A stretch of DNA of 64,000 nt from the human T2T-CHM13v2.0 reference genome, Homo sapiens. Position 1 is the first letter of the stretch; the number at the start of each line of letters is the position of its first letter. The notes under the pieces were generated by a model. That model did no database searches, was not told where the DNA came from, and saw only the letters and a list, made by a program, of their open reading frames with translations. Position numbers and translations under genes: made by a program. This document shows, one piece after another, positions 27,061 to 44,789 of this stretch. The stretch lies in assembly GCF_009914755.1 (NCBI RefSeq), contig NC_060931.1; one strand, written 5' to 3'.

Positions 27061-27502
27061 GTCTTCTGGGGTCCTGAGGGTGTGATCTGCTCACTATGGT
27101 GGGAGAGAGGTGCAAACTCACAGATGTAAATGTTCTTCTGCTTCTCCTCGTAATTGTACCTTTACATATCAAGAGGTCAGCATTATGATGATGATGATAG
27201 AAGAATTGTTTAAAAAAATAGCACTGCCTTGGGGAGAAAGTTCTAGTGCGCAGACAATTGCTTGTATTTCTATTTCAGTCTGCTGTGAGATGTTCCCTAG
27301 CAACACTATGGGAAACAATCTGCTTACCATGAATTATTAGAATTTCCTCACCTCTAAATGGTTGTCTGGGCTCTCTGTATCACTTTGTGACCGCAGTGAC
27401 GCAGGTCAATAGTGTTTTCAATGAGCTTAAGGGGGCACACACCTCAGTATCAAGAGCACACAGCACAAGGCCTGGAACGTAGTAGGCATTTAATGTGTAT
27501 CA

Positions 27503-27792
<290 letters not shown>

Positions 27793-28599
27793 TATATGTA
27801 TATTTGGATGGGATAAATGATCAGGTGTGTAGTTTAGAAGGCTATTATAAGGGTGTCAATAAGGCTGAATTATATAACATATATTCTTTCCATAGAAAAT
27901 TAAAAGGAAAAATGAAAAATTCTGCAAAGAACAGGGTTTGTATATGCTCAGTCTGGGCTGGGGCATAGATGGGAATGAGTAACTCATGCACATCATCACT
28001 GATCATCCCGGGCTAAAATAGGAGTGGACAATGGAGAAGATACGAAGCCAGAGTGGATGGATGAAGGGTCCCCAGTTTACGTTCCTGTGTCCTGTGCTGC
28101 TCACTGGCCGCTGCATGTTCCCAGAAGACAGCAGCATCTCCTGCCAGTGCTGTGGCCAGGCGGTGTCAGGCATCGTTTCCAGGGAAGTTAAGTGTGTCCC
28201 AGAAACCTCAGCCAAAGCTTCACTTCCTGCCTGCTCTTCTTACAGGCCCTGTGGCTGCCTGGTGCCCCGGGAATGGTCCGGTCATGGGCCTCAGCCCAGG
28301 ATGAGCAGCCAACAATGCAATCCCACGAAGAGTGTGCGGAAGGGAGAGGTTACTTCTCAAGATGGAGCTGCCAAATAGGGACACTTTGGAGAGTCTGGCC
28401 TGAGAACTTTTAGTTTCAAGAATGTATTGCTTTGGAAAAGACAGAATAAAAGTCCAAGCACTGCCACTTAGAGGTTGTATGTCCTTGGGAAAGTCACTGT
28501 ACTTGGCAATTATAACCTTTACCCTGGATACACCATTCATCTCCTGGGGCCAGGGGTTGTGCCACCTTGTTCATTTCTAAACTAAATGATATCTAAGCT

Positions 28600-29310
28600 A
28601 GTCTTTACCACAGTTTAATTCTTACAATAATACTCCAAAGGAGATATAATCAACCACATTTCACAGATGAGAGAGTTGGAATCTTAAAAAGGTTAAACTC
28701 TTCGAGGTCATTTGACGAATAAATAATGGAGCCTGGATTTCAACTGAAGTCTAACAAATTCCAAAATCCTGGCTACCGGCCATTTATATTCGTGTGTGTG
28801 TGTATATATATATATATAAATTATATAACATATATACATATATCATATGTATATATATTATATATATTTCTTTTTAAGTTATAAAGTATAAGAGACCATG
28901 AAGAAAATTTCAGAAAGATTTTAGAAACTCAAGGGTCACTCTCAGCTGCCAGTAAGAAAACAACCTAAGATACTGTTGAATAGTATTCATTCAGTTAATT
29001 ATGGTGGACCTCAAAAAGTCATAGGAATTTCCTCTAGCACTGTTAAGTAAATAGTTAATGGCCTTTTATTAAAAGACTAATTTTTAAAGTCATAGCAGAA
29101 ATTCTTGATCCATTAAATGATAGCAAATACCCTTTGAGTGTCAAACATTGTATATATTTATTCTTTTCTTGCAAGCAGAAAATAGGTGTTACTTATCCCC
29201 ATTTTTCAGATGAAATTGAAGCTTACAGAGAGGTTAAATAACTCCTCGAGGTCACCTAGCTAATAAACAGCACACCAAGAATTTGAACCAAACAGACAAG
29301 TCTCCAGAGC
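28600..29310 (-). mobile_element. MIR fragments (~28600-28780, ~29190-29310) around a (TG)/(TA) repeat (28793-28870)
   Basis: MIR core CATTT(C/T)ACAGATGA..GAGGTTAA. Confidence 0.55.
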
Positions 29311-31026
29311 CTGTACCATAAGGGAACTGCTTGGCTGTTTATGATTCAGGGATTAATTTCTGTCTTCATGAAGCTGCTGCATTTTGATACAAAATGTTAT
29401 ATTTCCGATTTGATTTCAACTCCCAGCTTCATGCTTTAAAAGAAGTAGTGTTTTGACTGCATTTAGTTATTTGTACAAACCTGTAGCACCCCCTCCTGGC
29501 CATTCGAGGTATACCATACATGTTATATTACCCCAATATTAGACCCCAACGAATGGCAAAGACTTCGTATAACGAATGGAAAGGTCCCCAAATGCAAGGC
29601 AGGTTCCAACTGCACACCTTATGTGCTTGATAGTTTTAGGCAAGAGACTCCTTCTTGCAGGGCTGTCATTTCCCCCGCCTCAAAATCAGAGGAGTGAGTG
29701 ATGTTTTTGGTCTCTTCTAGTTCTAATTGTGATTCTGAATTGAATTGATAAACTGGATATTGAAGGAATAGGTGTGGTGAAATGAAAAATGGAAGCTTCT
29801 AGTTTTTATTTTGATCCAACAATAATGCATGTTATTTGCTTCCTCTTGACTCAACATTGCTCTAGGAAAAGCCTATTCTATATAGACTCCTTAACAAAAA
29901 CATTGATTCCTAAAGGTCTTCTGAATGTTTGGATAGCCAATGGCTTTGCAGCCCAGCCTGGCCACTACATGAGGCCGATGACTTTAACAAACTTATTTCA
30001 GGCCAGTGTAAATGCAGTGTTCAAAAATCCCACCTAAGAAGGATGGGAACACGGAGGTTTGTGTAGGTAACATGCAGGTGTGTGCACATGTACCCAAGAA
30101 TGCACACACACATACATGGACACAACTGCAATTGATACAAAAGGCTGAACTGTGCTGATTCTTACAGGTACTTGGTTCTGGCCCAGTCTGGAAAAAAAGA
30201 AAAGATCCTTAGTCTAAACATGCATACAAAATAGAATTCCCACCATGCTTTGATGTTATCTATTTATAATTTTCAATGTTTCAATGTTTTGTGGTCTTAA
30301 AAATTACAAGGATTATTATCAATAATCCTTGTACCTAATGTGCCTTGACTCTGAAGGACATGGTAACTGCCTGTGGTTTAGAAAATGTTTTGGCTAAAAG
30401 ACAAGTTCTCCTCCCTCCTCTCATTTTTATATCACAGAGCTGCACGGGGGCTTGGATCAATGCCTGAATCCAGTGTTCCTGAGTGCAGAGCATCTTTGCT
30501 CTGGGTGAGCTTTGACCATCCTGGAGAAGAAGGCTGCTGCGGGGGTGGGACAAAGCCAAGACCAATGCCCAGCGGCCAAGGCCAGCCAGATGGCTCTGTG
30601 CTGGCAGCCAGTGTACACGGATTTTACCTGAAGGAAAATGTCACATTTTCCACAGACAACTGAAGAAAAAGAGCTCTTTGGATTACCCTAATTGTGATTT
30701 ACTCATTGGAACCACTGTTTTGGATTGTCCAAAATTAAGTCTCAAAGCTTAAATATGAGGCTTCAGGGAGTTATCCTGAAATCAGTGCTTGGTATCTTCT
30801 TGTTTTTTGCTTGTTTTTTAAAACCTTAATTCTCATATTTTTCTGTCATATTTCTCAGTGCCTGGTACATTATCACCATTAATCCATGCCAGTTATGTAC
30901 AGTTTTGCATGTTTGTTTTTTATTTTACTCTTTTCTCTCCTTCATTCCCTATTCCTGTTCCCCCATAGGTGCCCAGTCTAATGTATTTGATATCTGTCCT
31001 TAGAGCCTCCGTATCTGTGAAGACTA

Positions 31027-32538
<1,512 letters not shown>

Positions 32539-32914
32539 TATATAGAATTGTTCATAAATACTGTGTTTTTCATCCATGTAAATGGCATGCCATTTCTACC
32601 TATCCACGTCTGCACACCAGCTCATGCCCCTCATTCATGCTCCTTTCTGCTGCTCACCGCTCCACAGCTGGCAGCCCCTGCATTCCATCCATCCATTCCC
32701 CCAAACATGGGCATGTTGCTATCAGCAGGGAGCTGTGATGGACCCCTCACAGGGTCCTCTTATTCCTCGTGCAAGCCTTTCCCTGGGAAGTTCCTCCCAG
32801 CATTGCTGGTCAGGGGGAACACACACTCACATCTTCCCTAAATGCTACCAGTGCTATGGTGTTATCAGAAACTTTATTTATTTATTTTTTGCCAATATGA
32901 TAGCTATCAAGCTA

Positions 32915-33150
32915 CCCCATCTCTACTAAAAATACAAAATTAGGCCTTTAGTAGAAACCCTGTCTCTAGTAAAAATACAAAAATTAGCTGGGCATGGTGG
33001 CACACACCTGTAATACCAGCTACTTGGTGGCTGAGGCAGGAGAATTGCTTGAACCCAGGAGGCAGAAGCTGCAGTGAGCCAAGATCGCACCACTGCACTC
33101 TAGCCTGGGCAACAGAGAACCTGTCTTAAAAACAAAAACAAAAAAAATGG
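32915..33150 (+). mobile_element. Partial Alu (right arm, rearranged 5' junction)
   Basis: Starts at linker TCTCTACTAAAAATACAAAA, which is duplicated; right arm and A-rich tail follow. Confidence 0.85.
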
Positions 33151-33244
33151 CACAGGTCTGATTATTAGGAAGCTGAGGTTCTTTTTTATACTTAGTATTC
33201 ACTGAAGTGTGAATTACCTTTCATGTCCTCTAAACATACCAACA

Positions 33245-33470
33245 AGGAGGCTGGAGTTAGGACTTATGTTAGAGCCAGCCTGCCTGGGGCACAGCCTGGC
33301 CCTGCCATTTATTGACTGTGTGACTTTGAGAAAGCTTCCTCATGTAACTCTATCTTAGCTTCCCTGCCTGTAATAAGTAAAAACAGCAACTACCTCATAG
33401 ATTTGTAAAGATTACATAAAATAATACATGCAATGCATGGCAAACGACAGTCAACGAATGTTATTATTAT
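33245..33470 (+). mobile_element. MIR
   Basis: ..GCCATTTATTGACTGTGTGACTTTGAGAAAG..CTACCTCATAG.. MIR core. Confidence 0.55.
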
Positions 33471-36301
33471 ATTAACTATTGCCATATTATAAATATAAAT
33501 AAATATAAATGATATAAACAAACTAATAATAGTAATTATTCATTTATTCTTGACTTGAATGAGATCCTTGTGTACTTTAGACATTTATCCTTTGTGAATT
33601 TGGGATGGTACAAATATCTTAGGCAAGTCTATCATCTGTCTACCAACTAACTATCTCAAATATCTTTTCATTAAATATAAATTCTTAATTTTGGAGTCAA
33701 ACTCTTTTTTTTTTTTTTTTTTTGCCCATATACTTTGGGTGTTTCGGAGTCTCATTTAAGAAAACTTTCCCCTCTCCAATATCACAGAAGTATTTTGCAT
33801 TTTCTTCTCACACTCAGTTTCAAATTTTATTCCATGTTGATCCTGGGATTAGGGTTTCTGGACTTCCCTGAACTAATCGTTCAATCAGCCTCTTGTTCGT
33901 TCACTCAGCACACAAGTATACAAGATCCAGAAGTGAATACAGCATGCAGAGAAGGTTGGAGACAGTGTGCCTCTTGGTAGGGGAAATGAAGGGCTAGGGA
34001 GTATCATATTTACTCTAAATGTGGAAAGAATGTAGAAGGATGAGAGGACGGGGGATTTTGAGGATACAGGGCTTGGACTACGCCTGGGGGATGGGATTAG
34101 AGGCCAACAGGAGAGGGGAAGGCATCCCAGGAGAGGGGTTTTGCAAAACGGCAAGAAAGGTGTATAGCTGAGGGGGAGAAGGCGGGTGGGGTGCTGAGGA
34201 GACGCCTCTGAAGCAGGCAGTGGATGAATACTGGGGAAGAGGTGAAGTTCAGCTCTGAAGACCAAGCAGAGGCTCCTGGATCTGGTATGACATGCAGCAG
34301 ATATTCATCATTTGTGTATGTGTTTCTGAGAGGGAGAGGCGAGGAGGGAGTGGGGACCTGTTGGGTACTTAAAATGGGTGGGCAGTAGGGTACGAGGAAG
34401 ACAAGAAGTCAGGTGGCAAGGGAGACAACAAGGATCCAATTTGTCTTCTCTGTCAGTGTGAAGAACAGAACCCCGACTAGATTAAAGTGCAAGGTTGTAT
34501 GTTTTGCAGGGAAATCATAGCAGGTGCCCCAAATCTGGAAAATGATGCACAAAGGAAGCTCCCAAGTCTTCAGGCCCAAGATTCTGAAGAATGGAGGAGC
34601 CCCTCAGTGACGCACCATGGAGGGGTTTGGAAGGAAGTCCCTCAAGCGTGAAGTCTAAATCTTATGAATGCGGTCCCCATGTACAGTAACTGACACTTAG
34701 CTGGTGCTTGATATATTTTAATGAACAAATGAACATGTGGACTTGGAAGCAATAATTGGACACTCCAAAGGCAACATTCCTTGGACAACTGGAACACAAA
34801 TTGAAGGACAGGTCGCTATTGCCCCACCCCACTTCCAGCAACCACAGGAAGGAGGAAAAAAAATTAGGAACAGTAACAGAGAAGGAACAACAAGAGAGGT
34901 AAGAAAACAAGGAAAGTTCGTATCTTGGAATCTTGGGGGAGAATTGGAAGTTTGGTGGCATCTCCAAATGCCACAGACAGCACTTTGTGATCACTGGTAG
35001 GGTTTTGGAGAGCAGAGCATAATGACACAGAGTTTAATATTTACTGGTGGGAGAGGGTGTAGGGTATCAGCCATGTGGCAAGGTGCGTATGGACAAGGCA
35101 CTCCTGGGCTGGACTGGTTTTACAGGGCATCAGAGTGCAGCAGGGAGGGAAATAAGCATGCAATTCTGACCCAACCCTCAAGAATCAAACAACCTGAGTG
35201 TTTGACCTGAGATCGGGGGGACTGGGAATTAACTGGATTTTAGGAAACAAAGATAAAATTTAGATTTCTTTGGAAAGAGCTTCAGGGTACCTACCTGGCC
35301 TTCCTCTCAATTTGCATAGATGTAAGGGTTATGTCTCAAATATCTTTTAAGTGGAAAAAGTCACTATTTGCTGCTGCTTGTTAAGTGATCCTTAAAAGGT
35401 ATTACCAATGAGTCACAAAATATTTGGATGGAATATTAAGCTTATTCGCGCATGGTTTATTTGGCTTTATGAACAACTTATCAACCCCCTACTGTGTGCC
35501 TTGAAGAACGCTGCCCGTGAACATCCAGGCGGTCTCCTCCTGGTGATTCAGGACAGGATCATCATCAAACAGGGATGCACCTGCAGGGCTCAAAGATGAA
35601 CAAAACCACCTGGATCTCCATTTTCTAAGTCTTCCAAGAGAATATTGGTCATTGTCTTCTCTGTGCTGTTACCAAATGTCCGATTCCATTTACTGAAGTC
35701 CTAGGAAAGTCTCACACCAGGAAGACGGTAGCTACAGCACTGTGTAGAAAAGCTGTGCGATCTGCTCATCTCCAAGTTCTGACACGTTTGTAAGGTTTTT
35801 AGTTGAGTTCCAAGTAAAAACCAGAAGGCAGCTGTTAGTTGGGCTCCTTTGAAAAGAGGAGTAGAGTCCTATCAAGGCCAATCCATTGGCCAGTCTATTT
35901 CTAAGGCTTCAAGGTGTTCAGCCATGCAATTTTGCATGGAATAAAGCACTGAGCTTCCGCCATCTTTAAACTCATTGAGTTCTCATAACTTTTGTAGTTT
36001 CCCGAAGGCATTTTCTTTAATGGGCCATCTGAATGGGCCATGGGGTCATGCTGGGATTGTTCCAATGACCTGGTTAGAGGCTTCTTTATGTAAGAAAAGA
36101 GGGCTCAGAATTCTAAACGTGCACACTCCACTGGGCAGCCTAAGATGTGATGGATATGGTTTTCTGGCTGACTCCAAAGCCACCCCAGCTTTGTCAGGAA
36201 GAGCAGGCGTGGTGGAAGCAATGCAACAGCATGGTATGGGAGCTTTTACCTGTCCCAGGGGCCCTGGCTACCCTGAGATAGTGTTAAAAATTGAAATTGC
36301 T

Positions 36302-36661
<360 letters not shown>

Positions 36662-36821
36662 TCATATTGGTAGGAATGCCAGGTAGGTGTATGTTTAATA
36701 AGAACTACTGGCTTTCTTTCCAAACAGTTCTGACTCATAACTATTTGAAGGTCTGCATGACATTGGGTTTCTAAGAAGAATCTTAAATCATGGAGAGGAA
36801 GCTCAGAAAGGACCAAGGCCT

Positions 36822-37257
<436 letters not shown>

Positions 37258-38589
37258 TTACACTAGTAATCCCAGAAAGTCCTTGAAACTAACATTCCTT
37301 AGAAAATCCACTGAAATGGAAAACAATGTTCACTCCACATTCAAGGACATTTCTGGGGAATGCCACCACCACACGCCCATCCCCTCCATCTCCTTCATTT
37401 TCAATGCATTAGGAATTCTTGGATTTTGGCAATTCCTGAAACAAACAAACAAAAAATCTGATAACTCTTATTTAGTGTAAAAAAAAATCCAAAGGCATTT
37501 TAAAAAACAGGACTAAATAGCTAATTAAAATCACGTCATTTCAGAAGAACTTGTTACATTCATCTAGGAACATTCATCTAGGGCTACAGTTATCTGGGCC
37601 ATGTCCTGGCAAACTGTACACTGTGAGCAGCCACTGTGGGCAGGAGGGTGAAAGGAATTTAAGAATGATTCATCACATCTTCTGCTCCAGGAGATGTGGC
37701 AAGCCAATTATCTTTGCAGAACATTAGGTGCATTTTATTATTAGAGCGAATTTTTCAGTCTTGGCTTTTAACATCCTGTGTGTACTCTACTGTCAGGAGT
37801 GGCTTTCTATTACGAATCTTACATTGCTGCATTCCACTTGCTGAATTATCAGTCATGCTCCTGGGCAGTGACATTTGCTTTTCTTGCACTAGAATAGCAT
37901 TCATGATGACCCAGCTTCTCTGTATATTAGCCCCTGGAAAAATCTTGGCTCAAAAACAGTTATTTCCCTATTCACACTTAAAACAACAAAGTCAGTAATA
38001 CACCAGGAAGATTCAAACCATGAATCAGGAATACATACTAAATCTAAAAGTCTAATAATATACATTCTTGATCAGCCTATGTTGTATAAAGAATTATATT
38101 AGCAGAAAAGAGTCCAAATCAACTAAAAGGATTTGCGTTAAGAATTCTCTTTTGGAAATAATGGCCAAGTGAATTCACTTTTCTATTCCAACTGATCTAA
38201 TTTTTATGTACCTACGAACATAAACATGCCAAAAAGGAAAGTGACCAGAAAATGAAGCTGGTGTGAGAAGAAATTGCTGATTATGAAGGTCGTAAGATTA
38301 TCAGTGATTCACGGACTGGGAGTCTACAGCCGGCACCTTTAAGGGCTCTCCGTTGGCAGCTGTTATTGGTGCTGCAGTAATTGCTGGATGTCAGGGAACA
38401 CCGAGTGACCAGCAATGACTGGAATGAAAGAAGTGGGGAGGTGCGGTGGGGGCGTGGAGTGCAACCTAGTGGAAGAACAAGCATATTTCTGCACAAATAA
38501 CAACTCCAATACCAACTGTTTCAAGCAGAGTATCCGACTGGAACAAAATTTCCAAAAAAAAAAAAAAAAAAGACTCATCAAAAGGAATT

Positions 38590-39701
38590 AGGGTAATCGT
38601 TGAAGATTACCAAAGGTTTATTTGGAATGACACAGCACTGAAAACATAATTGTTACAGATGATTTGTGGATACAGCATACACCATCTATTTTACTTTAGA
38701 ACAATCTGTGAAGATGAGTTGCATAAATAGAAAGAGGTGGAAATATAGAGGAGCTGTTTTTATAGTGTTCTTTTGGGGGTAGATGAATATGCCCCATCTT
38801 TCTACCCAATCTCATAAAGGCAGAAGAGAAGACTGCTTAGCTGCCCATCCCAACTAGCCTACCTCCAGCCACAGCGGCTGGACAGCTAGATAAATCAGGC
38901 CCTGCCTTCTCTGAGGGTGCCTCAGTGTAGTCGTGCTATCTGTCATCTCATCCTGAAAACTGCACAGTACAAACACAGATACTGTTGACTCTTTTGGCAA
39001 TGGGATGGCTGGTTTTGCCATTAGGCAAAACTGCAATTGTAATGCCAGACAGAATAAGAGCAATGCATGTATCAATGACAATTGAGAGGCAAAGAGCTAC
39101 AATGGAAAGGAAAGAAGCAACTATGTATATGTAGCCTTCTGCATACACATAGATCCAGGAGTCATGGGAACTAGCTTGCGTGACTGTGTGTCCATATATA
39201 TATAGATGTGTTGGAAAAGAACATTGAGAACTTTTGCAGCAGTTTAGTTTTAAACATAGTAAACCTGAAAGGGAGCGAGAGCACGTGCTCACACCTGGGC
39301 AGGGGAATAAGATAATCTTGTACTACAGGATAATTCATCACATCTTCTGCAGGGCAGCCACTCAATACGATACACCTGATGCAGAGAAATTAAAGTCTGA
39401 TCTGGAGAAAGCTACTTTAGAATTGGTGGGAGGGGATCAAGTACAAGAGTCTCCACAGCTTGGACAAAGCACAAACAAACCTGTTATTGACAACATGGGA
39501 ATGAGTGAGGATTTTTTCCTTAATTTACTTTTTTTCCTCTTACATTTTTTTGCACACATGCTCCATTGATACATCTTCCCAAGGTTTGTCTGGCATCAGT
39601 CTGTAAATCATTAAGAGCATAATAACAAAAGTGAACTCTTCAGGTTTTCATGAAGGTTTAAAAACCCCGTAACTGAGCTCCTTCTTGCAGTACTTGTTGC
39701 C
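38590..39701 (-). other. AMPH: AMPH 3' UTR
   Basis: Between TAG stop (39704-39702) and the polyA signal; cleavage site approximate. Confidence 0.8.
38617..38622 (-). terminator. AMPH: AMPH polyadenylation signal AATAAA
   Basis: TTTATT on + strand about 1.08 kb after the stop codon; U-rich tract downstream (A run 38554-38571 on +). Confidence 0.8.
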
Positions 39702-39809
39702 CTAATCTAAGCGTCGGGTGAAGTTCTCTGGAAAGAGGCCTTTGTAGGTGGCAAGGTCTCTGTACTGAAGCCAGTCTGATTCCTTCACTCCCACCAGCCA
39801 GCCTGCATC
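39702..39809 (-). CDS. AMPH: Amphiphysin last coding exon (SH3 C-terminal half)
   Basis: AG acceptor 39811-10; [35 protein letters not shown] (108 nt). Confidence 0.97.
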   Translation of the reverse strand, partial: DAGWLVGVKESDWLQYRDLATYKGLFPENFTRRLD

Positions 39810-41429
39810 CTGAAAAACAATGACAGAACTTTCAGGGTCCAGCAAACTACTGGAAAATCCACACTGCCACAATTAATTAATAATGTGTTACATTAGTGTT
39901 GTGGTTCTGAACCAGGATGTCACATTACAGGTAAAGTGCTGTGCCATGATCAATGGGAAGGCCTATCCCAAATAAGTTGTTAGTTAAAAAAAAAAAGAAA
40001 AAGAAAAAGAAGGAATAAACATTTGCAATGACTTATTGACTGTATAAAGTATAGCTAATGCTTTGTACATTGTGACTGTACAAAGCATAGTTAATTGATA
40101 TTAACTGGATTATAATATGAGTTCTTAAAGAGGAGAAAAGGATTACAATTACAACCAGTGCAAAGACAGGAATACCATGTGAAAGCATTTCATGCACAAG
40201 AGCATGACCTGTTCTGGGGTCACAGTGTAAAAAAGGTTTGAGGTTGCTTGGGTTAGAATGGAATACTGATGAGGCCATGGAATATCTTATATTTCATCCC
40301 AAGCCACTTGCTCATAAGAAAGAACTCTGACCCCCAGCTCATATCCTATAACCCCAATAAACTACCTATGTAGATGTAGGGCTCATCAAATACTAAAAGC
40401 TAGATGTGTGTTGCCTTATATTACTATTTTTGTTTTTATAATACCTAATTTTTCAAGTTTATATAAACTACAAAGCAGTTGGATGTCATGGCATTCTTGC
40501 TGGAAGCGCTCCTATATCCTTTATAAATTATTCCTCATAAACATTTGTCTGTCATATAGAAGTGCCATCACAAAAATGAAACAGTTTGCCCCAGAAAGGG
40601 TAAAGAACCCATCCATATATGGTCATGCAGAATGGGAGATGATACTTAAAACTGAGAAACAGAGGCTGTGGTCTGCCCTTGGCTTCCTGAAGTTAAGCAG
40701 AGTCTAGCTGGAAAAGCTGTGTTGAAAGGAACAGTGGGAAATGAGACCATAGGAAGTGCAAGGAGTGGGAAATGACTATCTTTATTATGTTAACCAGTGC
40801 AGAAAGGAAATTCCAGTTCAGATGAGGGATGGCCAGGTTTAGTCTGAACAAACCCCCAACATAGTTCAAGTATATCAGATAAAATGAGGCCTCAAAAATT
40901 AAATGAAGAAGCTGAATTCATTCCCTTTTGATATAATCTGAGACTCTAAATTGATGCTGCCATATAGACAAGAAATATAAGTATTTAGACAGCCCAATTT
41001 TTGAAGGCAGGAAAAAAACCGCTGAGGAAAAAAACGACTCAATAAAATAACTGATAATATCCTAGCTGATGAGGAAAAGTGCCCTCTTTAAAATTATGAT
41101 GTCATATATGTGAAGGACAAAGCTATGCTTAAAATAAAAGATGATAGCTAAATATTTTCTGAAGCTCTAGAAAGCATATAAAAGGTCATTTTTCCCCCAC
41201 AAGTGTCTATATTTGACTTTATTTACAGTAGGTGAAAAATCTAATGGAGCCAAGTAGAGTTAAGCACTTAAAAATTGTTTCAATAAAGAAAACAAGTAAA
41301 GGACTACACAAACCCACAATCAAGATATATTCCAACACATATATTCTGAAAGACAACTTGTAAAGAATATTAGCCAACATCAATCTTTAGCTGAGGAAAA
41401 TATAAAAAATTAAATATTAACTGCTTAAA

Positions 41430-43150
41430 ATATGTGGTAGAAAAAGATTTCCTGTCTTGGTAATGGTAGAATGGCTTGTATTAGACAACTCCTTCTGGAG
41501 AGAATAATTAAAAACATTGGAATAACTATATATCTCCAAATATCTATATATACACATATGCAACTATTTATATAAACAAACAACTCTTGGTTATACAATA
41601 TATAAAGTGTAAATTTATATATAATGGGATGGGTATAAATAATGGGTAAAACTATTTGAAGATGCTGGAAATGACCAAAAGGAGGCAGAAATTAGAAAGT
41701 ATTTGACCCTTGAAAGTAGAGAACTGCAAGGGGTGAGATCTATGCTGATACAGCTTTTCCCCTGAGGATTATCCTCACTCAGTGTGATGTGGGGCATTCA
41801 CAGCATAGAGTGTAAGGCTCCCAGAGAAGCTGTACACTCAGGGGGGTTATCTTGAAAAGAAAGGAATCACTGGGGGATGGGTATCCTAACGTATGTGGAT
41901 AAACTGCCTTGAAATCCTGGGCTGACCCCCAAGCTGTGCATGCATAAAGGGTACAGACCCACCCTAACAAAGTATAAAACCAACTCCCATCAATTCAAGG
42001 GAATTATCCAGTAATTTATATGTCTGCTAAAACAAAAATAAGCAATTTTCAGATATAGAAAACAGAGTCAGACTCTTTACCACGTATGGTCTACCTACTA
42101 TGTCTAGTATCAATTAAAAAATTATTAGACATGGAAAAACAGGAAAATATGACCAAAAGATTAAAAAGCAAACAATAGAAATATGCCCTGAGATGGCCCA
42201 GCTGTTGGAATTAGCAGTAAGAAATTTAAGGCAGCTATTATAAATTTGTTCAAGTATATAAATTGAGAGACAGTAATAATGAAAGACTATAAGTGGGAAA
42301 TCTCAGCCAAGAAATGGAAACCCATATGAAATAACAATATGGAAATGAAGAATTGTAAGAATCTAATATCTGAGATGAAAAAGTCACTGGATAAATTTAA
42401 CTACGAACTCAAAGTAGCAGAGGAAACACTCATAGCACTTGAAGGCAGATCAATAGAAATTATCCAACCTGACTACCAGAGAGAAATAGTGAAAGAAAAA
42501 GAACAGCATCTTAGCTATCAAGAAGTCCAACTTAAGTATAATTAGAAACCCAGAAAAAAAGAACAAAGAGAATAATTCAGAAAAAAATTAAAGATAAAAA
42601 GCAAATGTAGTGAAAAACATTAGGTTACAAGTCTAAGGATCTCAGTGATTTTCAAGTATGAAGACCATAAAAAAAAAAAACCTACCCAAGCACAATATAT
42701 TTAAACTGATGAAAATCAAAGATACAGCGAAATTTATTAAAAGTAGTCAGGGAAAGTCACTTTGCATACAGAGAAGCAATATTAAACAAATGACAGCTGA
42801 TTTCTAATTATAAACAATAGAGACCAGAAAACAATGAAACATGTTTAAAGAGTTGAAAGAAAAAAAAATCAACTCAGATTTCTACCTTAGTGAAAGTATT
42901 GTTAAAAATTAAGAAGAATAAAGACATTTTCAGATATACAGAAGCCAAGAAGATTTGCTGCCAGCAGACTAGCACTTCAGAAATAGCTAAAGGAAGTTCT
43001 TTAAGCAGAAAGGAAATTAAGACCAGATAGAAACTCGGACTTAAGGAAAGAATGAAGACCTGGAAATGGTAAACATGGTGGTAAACATAAAAGACTAACT
43101 TTTTTTCCTTTTATTTCTTTACAAAATAACTTCTGGTTAATGCAGACAAA
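41430..43150 (+). mobile_element. Ancient L1M fragment (5' UTR/ORF1 remnants)
   Basis: A-rich decayed ORF1-like coiled-coil text (ORF 42339-42545 ISEMKKSLD..LEGRSIEIIQ). Confidence 0.7.
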
Positions 43151-43509
43151 AATCCCATTATAAATGGGATTTTTAATATCTTTGAGATGTGTGATGCTGA
43201 CACCTTTTCTTTGTATTGGTAATTTATGCTTTGTGACTTTTCTTTCTTGAGTATTTCTAAGGTTTTAATAATTTTGTTAATCCTCTCAAAAACCTACTTT
43301 CGGCTTTATCAATTTTATCTGTTATAGTCCTTTATTGCATTCATTTGTGAATTTATTTTTATTATTTTCTTCCTTCTATGCATTTTTCTATTTAATTTCT
43401 ATTTAATGATCATTATGAAATTTTTTTTTAACTCACACTATGATTTATTTGACCCATGGGTTATTTAGAAGTGTATTTTAAAATTTTTAAATCTTTGGGG
43501 GCTTTTAAA

Positions 43510-43840
<331 letters not shown>

Positions 43841-44687
43841 TAAATTTCCAATCTATTTTATTGTGGTAGAGACTGCTTGACCCAGCACCTGATGTATCTT
43901 GGTAAGTGTGTTGTCAAAAGAAAGAACAAAATGTTGAACATATTAAGTCTTAACCTCAAAGGCAGTGATGCTTGAATTTATTTTTTAAGGGGAGAGCTCA
44001 TAAATCTCTTTGAGAATAGTATGGAAGTTAGAGTTTTTCTCTCCAGAAAAATATGTTTACAGATGCATTTACTTGCTCTGCATACCATTTCAAGGGTTCA
44101 CATATTTTATGAATGAGAACAAGATGGGAGTTCTCAGTACCTTACATCAGACCACTCTTTTAGGAAGTGATATTTTTAAAGAATCTCTTTAAGTTGAGGT
44201 ATAACTTAAATACTGTGTAATGCAGAGATGATTAGGTATATATAGTTCAATGAGTTTTGACAAATACATGCAGACATCCCTCTCAAGATACAAAGCATTT
44301 CCATCACTCCAGAGGGTTCCCCAGGTTCTTTCCTCATCAATATCCACACACCCAGAGGCAACCACTTTTGAAGGGGTCTTTTAGTTCACATTCATAGTGT
44401 CTGCATTTCCTGAAGACAGGTGTTACAGAGATAACATTCCCAGAAAGTGGTTACGTGATAAGAAACAGTCAACTGTTTGTACTATATAAAAAAAGAATGC
44501 AACAGCATCCCAAAAGGGTGTCCTAGAAACCTCGTTAATGATCTATGCTGTCACAAGCCCTTAAGCCCTTTTCAGATGGCTTGTAGCATCTCAGAAAATA
44601 GAAACATCTTTAGGAAGTGATTGTGTCCAACAGACCCTCAGAAAAAAATCAACGTAGCCCAAAGCATCTTCCTATCTTTTCTTTTAC

Positions 44688-44789
44688 CTGATCAGCTTCT
44701 GAATCTGAGGGGACCACCAGCACCACATCACCCCTTTGTAAGGTAAGTTCATCAGAATTTGCTGCCTCAAAATCATGCAGTGTTTCCAC
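44688..44789 (-). CDS. AMPH: Amphiphysin penultimate exon (SH3 N-terminal half)
   Basis: AG/GT bounded, 102 nt, VETLHDFEAANSDELTLQRGDVVLVVPSDSEADQ, phase 0/0. Confidence 0.97.

Noticed and set aside
28118-30380. Scattered STAT (TTCCCAGAA) and RUNX (TGTGGT) motifs suggesting an enhancer
   Set aside because: Short motifs at about chance density; cannot be supported without chromatin data.
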